The notes beneath the pieces were generated by a model, which was given only the letters and a program-made list of their open reading frames with translations, did not search any database and was not told where the DNA came from. A DNA stretch of 64,000 nt from Anaerohalosphaeraceae bacterium (lineage in GTDB: Bacteria; Planctomycetota; Phycisphaerae; Sedimentisphaerales; Anaerohalosphaeraceae), in the NCBI GenBank assembly GCA_050309605.1, contig JBNRMN010000073.1, positions 14,240-78,239 on the forward strand, read 5' to 3'. Positions 10,964-21,224 of the stretch are shown one piece after another. The stretch's first letter is position 1. Every line of letters begins with the position of its first letter. The position numbers were made by a program, and so were the translations under genes.

Positions 10964-12976
10964 TCAATGGACGCGCTGGCCGGGCTGGGCGCCGACGTCG
11001 GGGCTGATCAAAAAGACCTCGCTGCCGCCGGGGCCGGCGGCACAGACCATGCCTTCGGACAGACCGAACTTCATTTTTCGCGGTTTGAGATTGGCCACAC
11101 ACACCACCAGCCGCCCGACCAAATCTTCGGGCGTGTAGGCCTTGGCGATGCCCGCGAAAACATGCCGGCTTACGCCGCCCAGATCCAGCTCCAGGCTGAG
11201 CAGCTTGTCGGCTCCCTCCACCGACGAGGCCTTGACGATCTTGGCGATGCGTAAATCCACCTTCATAAAATCCTCTATCGTACATTCCTCGGCCAGCGGC
11301 TCGTCGAGCGTTGGTGTGGTCGTCTCTGCGGCCGGCGGGGTTGTGTTCTGTTTGCTGTCTTCAATCATGGCATTTACCTTTTTCTTGTCAATGCGTTCAA
11401 TCAAGCGTTCAAAGTCGTTAATCTGGTGCTCTTGAAGGGTCGTCTCGGCGTCCGCAAACGTCAGCGGCCCAATATTCAAAAACCGCTCCATTTTTTCGGC
11501 AAATGCCGGCAGCACCGGCTTGAGATAAATCGTCAGCAGCCGGGCGGCGTTCAGCACCGCCGTGAGCACCATCCTGGTTTTTTCCGGATCGGTTTTGATC
11601 AGCGCCCATGGCTGATTGTCTTCCACATACTTGTTGCATTGATCGGCCAGGGCGCAGGTCCGACGGATGACCGCGGCGTAATTCAGGGCTTCATAGTTCT
11701 GTATCATCGTGTTTTTCGCTTGACGCAGCGTTTCCAGCAGCTCCGCGGCCGCCGGATCCGGACGGCCGAGCCTGCCGCCGAAATGTTTGGACAGCATCGG
11801 TCCTGAACGGCTGGCCAGATTGGCCAGTTTGCCCACCAGATCGGCGTTGACGCGGCTGACAAAATCATCGACATTCAAATCAATGTCTCCCACGTCGCCG
11901 CTGAGCTTGGTCGCATAGTAATAACGCAGATATTGCGGATCCAAATGCTTCAGATACGTGCGTGCCATCACGAAGGTGCCTTTGCTCTTGCTCATCTTCT
12001 GCCCGTTGACGGTCAAAAACCCGTGAACAAACAGCTTGTCCGGACGGCGCATCTTCGCGGCCATCAACAGGGCCGGCCAGAACAGCGCGTGAAAATACAT
12101 AATATCCTTGCCGATAAAATGATAAATTTCATATTCGCCGCTGTTCCAGACATGCTCAAAGTCCAGCCCGTTGCGTTCGCAGTAGTTCTTGCACGAGGCC
12201 ATATAGCCGATTGGCGCATCCAGCCAGACATAGAAATATTTGTCATTCTCGCCGGGGATTTTGAAGCCGAAGTACGGTCCGTCGCGCGAAATATCCCAGT
12301 CCTTCAGACCCGCGGCAAACCATTCATCCAGCTTGTTCCGAACCGAGTCCTGGACATAACCGGCGGCGAACAACTCTCTCAGTGCGTCGGCGTAATCGCC
12401 CAGCTTGAAGAAATAGTGGGTGCTTTCCTTCAGCACCGGCCGCTGACCGCTGACGGCGCTGACGGGATTGATCAGTTCCGCGGCCTGATAATGCGCTCCG
12501 CACACATCGCACGAATCGCCGTACTGATTCTCAGCCTTGCACCGCGGGCAGGTCCCTTTGATGTATCGGTCGGGCAGCCACATTTGCTCCTGTTCATCGT
12601 AGGCCTGCTGAACGGTTTTCTTGACAATGGAGCCGGCTTCCAGAGCGCCGGTATAGATGCGCTCGCTGAGCTGACGATTTTCTTCTGAGTGGGTCGTATA
12701 GTAGTTATCAAACACGATCTCAAAATCGCTGAAATCCTGCATGTGTTCGCGATGAACCCGTGCGATCAATGCTTCCGGCGTCGTGCCCTCGCTTTTGGCC
12801 CGAATCATGACCGGTGTGCCGTGTGTATCGTCGGCACAGAAATAATAACAGGTATTTCCGCAGGCTTTTTGAAACCGCACCCAGATATCCGTTTGCAGAT
12901 ATTCGACCAGATGGCCGATATGAATCGGGCCGTTGGCATAGGGCAATGCGGATGTTACAAGTATTTTGCGTGTCAT
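10964..12976 (-). CDS. metG: Methionine--tRNA ligase with C-terminal tRNA-binding domain
   Basis: TSALPYANGPIHIGH, Zn knuckle CPRC..CDVC, YVWLDAPIGY, KMSKS, ANLKPRKM. Confidence 0.97.
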   Translation of the reverse strand: MTRKILVTSALPYANGPIHIGHLVEYLQTDIWVRFQKACGNTCYYFCADDTHGTPVMIRAKSEGTTPEALIARVHREHMQDFSDFEIVFDNYYTTHSEENRQLSERIYTGALEAGSIVKKTVQQAYDEQEQMWLPDRYIKGTCPRCKAENQYGDSCDVCGAHYQAAELINPVSAVSGQRPVLKESTHYFFKLGDYADALRELFAAGYVQDSVRNKLDEWFAAGLKDWDISRDGPYFGFKIPGENDKYFYVWLDAPIGYMASCKNYCERNGLDFEHVWNSGEYEIYHFIGKDIMYFHALFWPALLMAAKMRRPDKLFVHGFLTVNGQKMSKSKGTFVMARTYLKHLDPQYLRYYYATKLSGDVGDIDLNVDDFVSRVNADLVGKLANLASRSGPMLSKHFGGRLGRPDPAAAELLETLRQAKNTMIQNYEALNYAAVIRRTCALADQCNKYVEDNQPWALIKTDPEKTRMVLTAVLNAARLLTIYLKPVLPAFAEKMERFLNIGPLTFADAETTLQEHQINDFERLIERIDKKKVNAMIEDSKQNTTPPAAETTTPTLDEPLAEECTIEDFMKVDLRIAKIVKASSVEGADKLLSLELDLGGVSRHVFAGIAKAYTPEDLVGRLVVCVANLKPRKMKFGLSEGMVCAAGPGGSEVFLISPDVGAQPGQRVH

Positions 12977-12982
12977 GGGCGT

Positions 12983-14293
12983 TTACTCTCCGGAAGGCTT
13001 TCCATCGGTGTTTTCGGTCTTGGGGGAACGATTTTGAGGTCCGTTCTTAGTGCCGCCCCGACGTTTTTTGCGGCGATTTTTGCCGCGTCGATTCGTCCGT
13101 GCGTCCTCGGCGCCGGCTGCGCTCTTGGCGGCGCGTTTCTTTCGCGGTTTTCTGCCGCTGCGCTGGGAGACGTTGCGATTTTTCTGACGGTCGTCGCGCG
13201 GGTCAGGCCGCGAGTCTTTTGAGTTGTTATCGCGTTTTGTTCCGGCGTTCGGAGCCTGGCCCGCAATCAAATCGTCAACCGACGTAATCGCGGCGTCCTG
13301 TTCCTGTTGGGCTTCGTCCTCGACTTCTTCGACAACATTTATTTCCTCGTTAAGCGGATGGACAGGGCGGTTCGGGTGGGTTTCTTTTTCTTCAGTTTGA
13401 TCCATCGGCAACAGTTCATCGATCGGCCAGGCCTGACGGTCGCCCAGCGCGTCCTGCACCACCACCAGTTGGGTCAGAATCTGAACGTCGATCACGCGGC
13501 CTGTGCCCTTGGGTGTGCGCACCATGGAGTTGCGCTGCGGGAGATTATCCTTTAGTTCCGTATAAGTCAGGTCTTCATATCGAAGACAACATTTCAGCCG
13601 CCCGCAATGCCCGCTGATCTTCGATGGATCGAGCGTGGCCTTTTGCAGCTTGGCCATCCGCATATTGACCGGCTCAAGAATCTTCAGAAACCGGCTGCAG
13701 CAGCACTGCTGGCCGCATGTCTCGTAGTCGCTGACCAGCCGAGCCTCGTCGCGCGCTCCGATCTGGCGCAGTTCAATCCGCGTCTGGTATTCGCGGGCCA
13801 GTGTCTTGACCAATTCGCGAAAATCCACACGTCCCTCGCTCGTAAAGTAATAGATGATGCGCTCGCCGCCGAACAGATGCTCGGCATCGACGATTCGCAT
13901 CGGCAGGCCCAGTTCCTTGATATACTTTTCGCAGCAGGCGATTTCTTCCTGTTCGGATTGAACAAGGTGTTCCTGCTCGCGAAGGTCCTCATGGGTGGCG
14001 AATCGGACAAATGTCCCGCCGGGGCCAACGGGCGAGCCGACACCGAGATTGCCGTAATAGCTTTCGACTTGTTCCGGCGTGCTGCGAAACTGTCCCCCGC
14101 GGTAGTTGTGGATACCGACCACTTCACCCAGTTCCAGACCGCGTTCGGTCTTGATGATGACCTTGGTATTGAGTTTGGGAAGGGTGTTTTCGTTGTGCTC
14201 AAACCATCCCATCAGCCCCATCCGGCCGTAACTGACCAGCATATATTTATTATTTTTAGCCCCTTTGGGCTTTGTTGTTTCAGGTTGCGTCAT
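12983..14293 (-). CDS. ricT: PSP1-domain protein (RicT/YaaT-like) with long charged C-terminal tail
   Basis: RVDFRELVK.LA....TRIELRQIG.RDEA, CGQQCCC, KISGHCGRLKCCLRYE; follows holB; start uncertain. Confidence 0.85.
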   Translation of the reverse strand: MTQPETTKPKGAKNNKYMLVSYGRMGLMGWFEHNENTLPKLNTKVIIKTERGLELGEVVGIHNYRGGQFRSTPEQVESYYGNLGVGSPVGPGGTFVRFATHEDLREQEHLVQSEQEEIACCEKYIKELGLPMRIVDAEHLFGGERIIYYFTSEGRVDFRELVKTLAREYQTRIELRQIGARDEARLVSDYETCGQQCCCSRFLKILEPVNMRMAKLQKATLDPSKISGHCGRLKCCLRYEDLTYTELKDNLPQRNSMVRTPKGTGRVIDVQILTQLVVVQDALGDRQAWPIDELLPMDQTEEKETHPNRPVHPLNEEINVVEEVEDEAQQEQDAAITSVDDLIAGQAPNAGTKRDNNSKDSRPDPRDDRQKNRNVSQRSGRKPRKKRAAKSAAGAEDARTNRRGKNRRKKRRGGTKNGPQNRSPKTENTDGKPSGE

Positions 14294-14354
14294 GGATTTC
14301 GACATCTCCGCTGCACTACATTTCACATTCCGGGCAAGACGCTCGACGTTGTTC

Positions 14355-15491
14355 TTAGCTCATAGAAAGGCTAATTATATCCGATTGCGTCAGATTTAAC
14401 AAGACCTGCTCAAAAATCAGTTTTTCGTTGGCGTTGTCTTCCACCCAGCGGCGCAGCGCATACATCCGTGAGACCATCAAAGACAGCAATTCCGGCTCAT
14501 ATTTACCGGCTAATCGGCGAATAACCGGCATTTGATCGACGTTGACCAATTGCCCGGCCGCACCGACGTGCAGTTTCAGTGCATCGGCCAGCGCCAGGGC
14601 GGCCATTTGTATCACTCCCGTTTGTGCCCGGCGATTGATGTCTTTGGTGCTGACATTTTCCATCGACGCCGACCAGGCCGCGGCGATGTGTTTGGCCGCC
14701 TTGCTCATCCACTCGGCCTGCTCCAGCACATCCGGCAGGGCGGCGCCGGCCAGCCGTTCAAGCAATTCGCATTTAATCTGATAGGGACGGTCGCCTTTGG
14801 GCGCAAGCGACGCCCACTCAAGTGCCTGGCCGAGCCGACCTTCACTGAAGTTGGCCCAATACACGCTTTCCGGCTCGCGGATCCCGATCGCGGCCAGTTT
14901 GCGAACAATGGTCTGCGAATCAACCGGCCCGAAACGCACCGGATGACACCGCGACAGCGTCGTCGGCAGCATTTTTTCCAGTCGGCTGCAAATCAGGATA
15001 ATCACACAAAACGTCGGCGGCTCTTCCAGAATCTTGAGCATCGCGTTCTGACTGGAACGGTTGACCTTCTCGGCTTCCTGAACCACATAAACCACGTGCT
15101 GGCTTCGTTGCGGGCGGGTGGTGATTTTATCGATCAGAAATTCACGAATCACGTCCACCGGCATGTCAAGGGGGGCGGTTTTGTTTTTTCCGTCTTTGGT
15201 GAACGTGACCAGCTCTTTATAAATCGGCTGAAAATCAGGATGCCCGCCGCTTTCAAACAACCGGCAGGAATCACATTGCCCGCAACTGTCGAAAAACACC
15301 GGCTCACCGGCTCGCTGAAGGCGGTGTTGACACAGCAGCATTTTGGCCCACGCGCGAGCGGTGGTGAATTTGCCCACGCCGTCTTCGCCGCAAAACAGGT
15401 AAGCGTGCGGCATACGCCCCGCGGCATACGCCCGCTGAAGCGAGCCGATGGCCTTGTCCTGGCAAACAATATCGCTTAACCGCTCTGCCAT
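14355..15491 (-). CDS. holB: DNA polymerase III subunit delta'
   Basis: HAYLFCGEDGVGK, CGQCDSC, HPD, NAMLKILEEPP, LPTTLSRC; between tmk and ricT. Confidence 0.92.
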   Translation of the reverse strand: MAERLSDIVCQDKAIGSLQRAYAAGRMPHAYLFCGEDGVGKFTTARAWAKMLLCQHRLQRAGEPVFFDSCGQCDSCRLFESGGHPDFQPIYKELVTFTKDGKNKTAPLDMPVDVIREFLIDKITTRPQRSQHVVYVVQEAEKVNRSSQNAMLKILEEPPTFCVIILICSRLEKMLPTTLSRCHPVRFGPVDSQTIVRKLAAIGIREPESVYWANFSEGRLGQALEWASLAPKGDRPYQIKCELLERLAGAALPDVLEQAEWMSKAAKHIAAAWSASMENVSTKDINRRAQTGVIQMAALALADALKLHVGAAGQLVNVDQMPVIRRLAGKYEPELLSLMVSRMYALRRWVEDNANEKLIFEQVLLNLTQSDIISLSMS

Positions 15492-16108
15492 CCCAACACC
15501 GTTTTTAGATGTTCACGAACCGCCTGATGTATCATCTCGACCGATGCCCGCGCATCAATCACCGCCGCATTGGGGCAGTGTTCCAGCATCGCTAAAAAAC
15601 CCTCACGCACACGAGTATGATACTCAGCGCCTTTCTGTTCCATCCGATCCAAATCCCGATTCATCCGCTGCCGTGCGGTTTCGACATCCACGTCCAGAAT
15701 AATTGTCACATCCGGCCAGACTCGTTCCAGGGCCGCCTCGGCCACAGCCAGCACCTTCTCTACACCGACCCCGCCGGCGTATCCCTGATACGCACAAGTA
15801 CTGCTCAACCACCGATCCATCACCACAAACCGTCCGTGTTTCAGATCCGGTCCGATATGTTCGGCCCAAAGCTGCGCTCGCGCGGCCATATACAGCAGGA
15901 CCTCAACCGTATCCGTTATTGCCGTATGCGACGGATCCAGCAGAATCTCGCGAATTTTTTCCCCGATCGCGGTTGTCCCCGGATCGCGATAAGAGACCAC
16001 CTCCCATCCCTGCTGGGTGATCCACTCGGCCAGCAGCCGTGTCTGCGTACTCTTTCCGCAGCCGTCCGGCCCGTCGAGCACAATAAAATGTCCCGTTTGG
16101 TTTATCAT
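15476..16108 (-). CDS. tmk: Thymidylate kinase
   Basis: FIVLDGPDGCGKSTQ, RDPG, LLYMAARAQ, MDRWLSSTCAYQG. Confidence 0.95.
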   Translation of the reverse strand: MINQTGHFIVLDGPDGCGKSTQTRLLAEWITQQGWEVVSYRDPGTTAIGEKIREILLDPSHTAITDTVEVLLYMAARAQLWAEHIGPDLKHGRFVVMDRWLSSTCAYQGYAGGVGVEKVLAVAEAALERVWPDVTIILDVDVETARQRMNRDLDRMEQKGAEYHTRVREGFLAMLEHCPNAAVIDARASVEMIHQAVREHLKTVLGWQSG

Positions 16109-16881
16109 CTTTTTTCGGTTTCAATCGCGATAAACAATACCGTCGCCAGCATCAATGTCAGAATCGTCAGACTCTGGATCAAATGACCTGCGGTCAACGC
16201 GATATAATACACCGGGCCGTCTTTCGGAGCAAGCGATACAATGATCCCTATGACTGCCATCACCGCCAGTCCCGACCCGTAAAATCTCGGCAGTATGCCT
16301 AAATTGCTTAGATGCACTTGCCGTATCATGGCAAAGGCCTCAACCGCCTTATAATCCAGCACCAACATAAACGACGGAATCAGGAACAGGGGTTTGACCA
16401 GCAGGGCGACAGCGCCTGTCATCATCAATGTCATCAGCCACGGGGGAAACGATTCGGCCTGCTTATAGCCTGTCGCCGCGACGATCAGGATGGCCAAAAC
16501 ACCGGAAACGACCCAAACGGCCAATCCCAATAGAATCTGGACGCCCAGTATCCGCCAGAAATACGGACGTCCCGTCCTGAGCAGGGTACTCGGTTCCTGC
16601 GGTTTGGCTCCATCGGTCGCCGCTGTCCGCAAAAATCCCAGATACAGCATCTGCCACACAATCGCCAGGATCATACAACCCATGCCCAGCACAAACATCG
16701 TCCAGTCCGGCATCGTGGCCGGGCGCGATGGATCCATCCCGCTGCGAAGCATAATTTGATCCAGAAGCACCATCAGTCCCGCCTGAAATACAACGACCAG
16801 AGTGATCTCTGGCCGCCGAAACTTGAAGATGTCGCCAATTTGACTCAATAATATCTCTGAATTTCTTTTCATTCCGCGCAT
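16105..16881 (-). CDS. Hypothetical integral membrane protein
   Basis: About 6 hydrophobic segments; overlaps the tmk start by 4 nt. Confidence 0.7.
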   Translation of the reverse strand: MRGMKRNSEILLSQIGDIFKFRRPEITLVVVFQAGLMVLLDQIMLRSGMDPSRPATMPDWTMFVLGMGCMILAIVWQMLYLGFLRTAATDGAKPQEPSTLLRTGRPYFWRILGVQILLGLAVWVVSGVLAILIVAATGYKQAESFPPWLMTLMMTGAVALLVKPLFLIPSFMLVLDYKAVEAFAMIRQVHLSNLGILPRFYGSGLAVMAVIGIIVSLAPKDGPVYYIALTAGHLIQSLTILTLMLATVLFIAIETEKR

Positions 16882-17025
16882 TGAACCGCCTGTAGAATTG
16901 TAAATCCTATACGGTTAAGTATGATACAGCAAAATCAACACAAAAGAAAGCGTTTTACACAATACGGCGTCAGAGATAGCAGCAGACCGTTTTTCGGATA
17001 TCAATACGGTTTTTGCGCATAACAA

Positions 17026-17940
17026 TTATGACCCAACACTGTTTTTGCGGTATTGTTGGGGGGTAACGCCGAAGGTTTGTTTGAAGAGCCGGTGAAAAAA
17101 GTGGATATTTTCATAGCCGCAGCGAGCGGCAATCTCCGAGCATCGCAGCGCCGTGGCCCGCAGCAGCGTCCGGGCTGCCTCCAGGCGAAGCTGTTTTTGA
17201 TACTCCAGCGGGGCGATGCCGAACGCCTTCCGAAATGCTCGAAACAAATACCCCTTCGAAAACCCTGCCAACTGCGATAATTCTTCAATCCGGATGGGTG
17301 TATTATAGTGCTGCTCGATGTATTGCCGAACACGAATTACTCGCTCATCGGCAATGCCGCCGGACGCGGCCGGTTTAACGCACGCCTGCACGATAAAATG
17401 CAGGAGCTTGAGCAGGGCGTATTGCAGATAAAATTCTGATAGCGGATGTTCAACCCCCGCCAAATCGGCAATTTCGGTCAACAGGGCGTTCAGCACGCTG
17501 ATCTCGGCGTCCGGCAGCCGCATCGGATTATGCAAATCGATTTGTGCCCCGGCCCATTGCTCAAGCAGTTCTTCAAATGGCAAGGTCAGAGGCTCGCATT
17601 GTTCATTTTCAAATGCCAGCGTCAGTTCTGAATAAACGGCATTGCCGAACCGTGTGATAAAATCGTGCGGCTGGCCCGGCGAAACGAGAATGACCGTGCC
17701 GGGTTTGGCAGGATATTCCAGGCGATTCAGCAGGCACACTCCGCTGCCGGCGGTATAAAGCACAATATGATACAGATTGTGTCGATGTTCTCGGAACGTG
17801 TGGATGTCGCCGACAGGTCTGTCCTGAGCAATTGTAGTATGCAGAACAACCGGTCGATATACATCTTTATCATGGAGGATGCGAAGCACATTGCACCCCG
17901 ACACTCCGTTTTTGTTGCGTACATAGCGATACATAGTCAT
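17026..17940 (-). CDS. AraC family transcriptional regulator (cupin N-domain)
   Basis: HRHNLYHI cupin; C-terminal double HTH with FHRLFKQTFGVTPQQYRK. Confidence 0.92.
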   Translation of the reverse strand: MTMYRYVRNKNGVSGCNVLRILHDKDVYRPVVLHTTIAQDRPVGDIHTFREHRHNLYHIVLYTAGSGVCLLNRLEYPAKPGTVILVSPGQPHDFITRFGNAVYSELTLAFENEQCEPLTLPFEELLEQWAGAQIDLHNPMRLPDAEISVLNALLTEIADLAGVEHPLSEFYLQYALLKLLHFIVQACVKPAASGGIADERVIRVRQYIEQHYNTPIRIEELSQLAGFSKGYLFRAFRKAFGIAPLEYQKQLRLEAARTLLRATALRCSEIAARCGYENIHFFHRLFKQTFGVTPQQYRKNSVGS

Positions 17941-18064
17941 TATTGTGCAATAAAAAGCGATAAATAACTAAATAATCTTTTATCCTAAAGTATTATAGTA
18001 TAATAGCTACAGGACGTCAAAGCAGTTTTGCTTTGTGAAAGCCAATGAAAAGCGGCGAGGGATT

Positions 18065-19102
18065 ATGACAAACGAACAATGGCAGATGTTACTCAAGCTT
18101 ATCGAGGGCAAGGCAATCCGGCCCTTGCCGGTCGGTTTTATTATTGACAGTCCCTGGCTGCCCGGCTGGGCGGATATCTCCACACTGGACTATTTTTCCA
18201 GCGACGAATGCTGGTTCGAGGCCAACAAAAAAGCCGTCCGGACCTTCCCTGAGGTCATGTTCCTGCCGGGTTTCTGGAGTGAGTTCGGAATGTGCACCGA
18301 GCCGAGCGCCTTTGGCGCCAAATGTTCGTTCCACCGAAACGATCTGCCCTATGCCGACAAAATCATTCATCAGCCGAGTGATATTGACCGGCTGGGCGCC
18401 CCGAATCCCCAAACCGACGGCCTGGCTCCGTTTGTACTGAATCGGCTGGTGCTCAATCGCCGCCGCATCGAGTCGCTGGGGCATCACATTCGATTTGCCG
18501 TCGCCCGAGGGCCGCTCAATATCGCCTCTTTTTTGATGGGGACAACCGAGTTTCTGATGGGCCTTCGCACCGACACGGAAAAAATCCACAAACTTCTCGA
18601 TATGATCACCGACTACACCGTCCGCTGGCTGGAGCTGCAAAAGAAAACCATTGACACCATCGACGGGGTGTTTATCCTTGATGATATTGTCGGGTTTTGC
18701 GGTGAGCCGGATTTTCGGGAGTTTGCCGCTCCGTATTTGAAACGACTCTTTGGATGTCTCGATGTGCAGGTCAAGTTCTTTCATAACGATGCCGACGGAC
18801 GCGGCTGTGCGGGGCATTTGTCCTCCCTGGGGGTCAATCTGTTCAATTTCAGCTTTCTGCACTCGCTCGAAGAGATGAAGACCTGGACGACTAATCAGGT
18901 AACACTCGTAGGCAATATTCCGCCGCGCGATGTGCTGGCCCTTGGCTCACCCGATGCGGTTCGTCAAAGCGTCCGGCAGGCGCTGGCGCCGCTTTCGGAC
19001 AAACGCCGTGTTCTCTTGTCCTGCGGCGGCGGAATGCCCGACGGCGTATCAACCGAAAACATACAATCCTTTATTCAGGCCGCTCAGGAGATCAAACAAT
19101 GA
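18065..19102 (+). CDS. Uroporphyrinogen decarboxylase-family (MtaA/CmuA-like TIM barrel) protein
   Basis: RGPLNIASFLMG, LDDIVG, FFHND, GNIPPRDVL, LSCGGGMP. Confidence 0.85.
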   Translation: MTNEQWQMLLKLIEGKAIRPLPVGFIIDSPWLPGWADISTLDYFSSDECWFEANKKAVRTFPEVMFLPGFWSEFGMCTEPSAFGAKCSFHRNDLPYADKIIHQPSDIDRLGAPNPQTDGLAPFVLNRLVLNRRRIESLGHHIRFAVARGPLNIASFLMGTTEFLMGLRTDTEKIHKLLDMITDYTVRWLELQKKTIDTIDGVFILDDIVGFCGEPDFREFAAPYLKRLFGCLDVQVKFFHNDADGRGCAGHLSSLGVNLFNFSFLHSLEEMKTWTTNQVTLVGNIPPRDVLALGSPDAVRQSVRQALAPLSDKRRVLLSCGGGMPDGVSTENIQSFIQAAQEIKQ

Positions 19103-20376
19103 CATACAGTACACGCACCTTCACATCGGCAATGGGTCTTGCGGGGTTTCTTTTCGTCATTTTTGCCGCGCCGCCCCTCGGTGCTGCGCATCAATTTACG
19201 CTGACCGCCGAAAACGCGGCAATTCTGCCGGTGCCGTTGTCGCTGGATCTGGAAGGGATTGCCGTTCCCGACACCCACACGCCGCGGTTGTACCGCATTG
19301 ACGGCGGCAGGAAAATCCCGCTGGCCAGTCAACTGGATCTTTCGCGCGCCGCTCGATTGTGGTTCATTCCCGATCAGACGATTCAGCCGGGCCAAAGCGT
19401 GCAGTTGGAACTAACGATGGAACAGGCATCTGCCTCCTCGGTTCCGCTAAGCGCGACGGTCGATGAAAAAACAATAACCCTGCTCTATCAAAGCAAGCCC
19501 ATTCTCAGTTATCACCACGCCGAACATCCGGTTCCCGAAGGCGTCAATCCCATCTTTCGACGCAGCGGTTTCATTCATCCGCTTTACACGCCCGATGGGA
19601 TGGTGGTTACCCGCATTCAGCCGCCCGATCACTATCACCATTACGGTATCTGGAGCCCCTGGACGGTTACACAGATTGAAGGACGGCAGGTCGATTTCTG
19701 GAATCTGGCCAAAGGCGAAGGGCGCGTCAGGTTTGCGGGCTTGCTGTCCACCGTTGCCGGCCCTGTTTATGCCGGTTTTCAGGTGCATCAGGAGCACGTG
19801 ATGTATCTCGGCGAGGAACAAATCGAAAAGGTTGCGATGAACGAAGTCTGGGATATCCGCGCCTCAGCCGTTCGTCTTGACGGGCGTACTGCCTGGCTGG
19901 TGGATTATACCTCGACGCTGAATAACGCCTTGTCAAGTCCCATTGAATTGTCGGCCTATCGGTACGGCGGGGGGGTGGGGTTTCGAGCCACCGATGACTG
20001 GACCAAAGACAACGTGACGGTTCTGACCAGCGAGGGCAAGGCCCGCAATGAAGCCGACGGCACGCGCGCCCGCTGGGCGGATCTGCGCGGCGTCGGACGC
20101 AATAAAACCGGCACGGCCGGCGTCTTGTTCTTAAGCCACCGCGCCAATCGGGAACACCCCGAACCGATGCGCGTCTGGCCGGACAACGCCACCGGTAATG
20201 GTCTGATGTTTTTTGAATTTTGTCCGATTCGGCATAATGACTGGATACTCCGGCCTCATCAAAACTATGTCCTGCGGTATCGGATGCTCGTCTATGACGG
20301 TCGGATAGCGCCGGAACGTGCAGAAACGTTATGGAATAATTTTTCTCAACCTCCACTCATTAAGGTGCAGCAATGA
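19099..20376 (+). CDS. Secreted 'PmoA family' (DUF6807-like) protein
   Basis: Signal peptide; RSGFIHPLYTPDG..VT....PDHYHHYGIW, YRYGGG.GFR motifs. Confidence 0.75.
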   Translation: MTYSTRTFTSAMGLAGFLFVIFAAPPLGAAHQFTLTAENAAILPVPLSLDLEGIAVPDTHTPRLYRIDGGRKIPLASQLDLSRAARLWFIPDQTIQPGQSVQLELTMEQASASSVPLSATVDEKTITLLYQSKPILSYHHAEHPVPEGVNPIFRRSGFIHPLYTPDGMVVTRIQPPDHYHHYGIWSPWTVTQIEGRQVDFWNLAKGEGRVRFAGLLSTVAGPVYAGFQVHQEHVMYLGEEQIEKVAMNEVWDIRASAVRLDGRTAWLVDYTSTLNNALSSPIELSAYRYGGGVGFRATDDWTKDNVTVLTSEGKARNEADGTRARWADLRGVGRNKTGTAGVLFLSHRANREHPEPMRVWPDNATGNGLMFFEFCPIRHNDWILRPHQNYVLRYRMLVYDGRIAPERAETLWNNFSQPPLIKVQQ

Positions 20377-21179
20377 AAAAACAAATATGGGCGGGTCTAT
20401 TGATCTCGGCGGTCGTGTGCCTGGGCCAAAGCGCGAAAGCGGAAGGCCGCATCCTGATTTACACGCGAAACAGCGAAGGCTACATTCACGACAACATTCC
20501 CGCCAGTGTCGAATGTCTCAAAGCCATTTGTCGGACAAACGGCTGGACGTTTGAGACCACGGCGATTGACGATTCATCCATTTTCAATGACGCGGAAAAA
20601 ATTGCCTCGTTTGATGTGCTGGTCTTTGCCAATACCAACAACGACGCCTTTGATAATGATGACCAGCGTACCGTCTTTCAAAACTACATCCGCAACGGCG
20701 GGGCGTTCGTCGGCATTCACTCGGCCTGCGGTTCCGAGCGCAACTGGCCGTGGTTCTGGGCCAACCTTGGCGGCAAGTTTGTTCGCCACCCCCCGTTTCA
20801 GAAATTTGAAATCAAAGTCATTGACCCCAGGCACAGCTCAACTGCCCACTTACCGACGATATGGCACTGGGAAGATGAGTTCTACTATATGAATGAATTG
20901 AATCCCGGTATCAAGGTCCTGCTGGCCGGCGACCTGCGCACGGTCGATGACAATCAGAAAGACCGTTATCCCGGCCGCACCTTCGGCGACTATTTTCCGC
21001 TGGCCTGGTGTCAGGAATTTGACGGCGGCCGCCAGTGGTACACGGCGTTGGGGCATAAAATTGAGCATTACCGGGATCCGAACTTTATCAAACACCTTGA
21101 AGGCGGCATCCGCTGGGCCATGGGCATTGAGTCAGCTCACAACCAGGCAAAACATAATAACGAAAAACAAGGCGATTGA
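20373..21179 (+). CDS. ThuA domain-containing secreted protein
   Basis: Signal peptide; YIHDNI, GGAFVGIHSA, DEFY, GGRQWYTALGH, HLEGGIRWA. Confidence 0.88.
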   Translation: MKKQIWAGLLISAVVCLGQSAKAEGRILIYTRNSEGYIHDNIPASVECLKAICRTNGWTFETTAIDDSSIFNDAEKIASFDVLVFANTNNDAFDNDDQRTVFQNYIRNGGAFVGIHSACGSERNWPWFWANLGGKFVRHPPFQKFEIKVIDPRHSSTAHLPTIWHWEDEFYYMNELNPGIKVLLAGDLRTVDDNQKDRYPGRTFGDYFPLAWCQEFDGGRQWYTALGHKIEHYRDPNFIKHLEGGIRWAMGIESAHNQAKHNNEKQGD

Positions 21180-21224
21180 ATTGTTATAGACAGAATAAAA
21201 TAAGGTTAAAATTGAGGCGTGATT

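Noticed and set aside
19099..20376. 'PmoA' label suggesting methane oxidation
   Set aside because: A soluble secreted protein in a sugar context, not the membrane pMMO subunit; no pmoB/pmoC.
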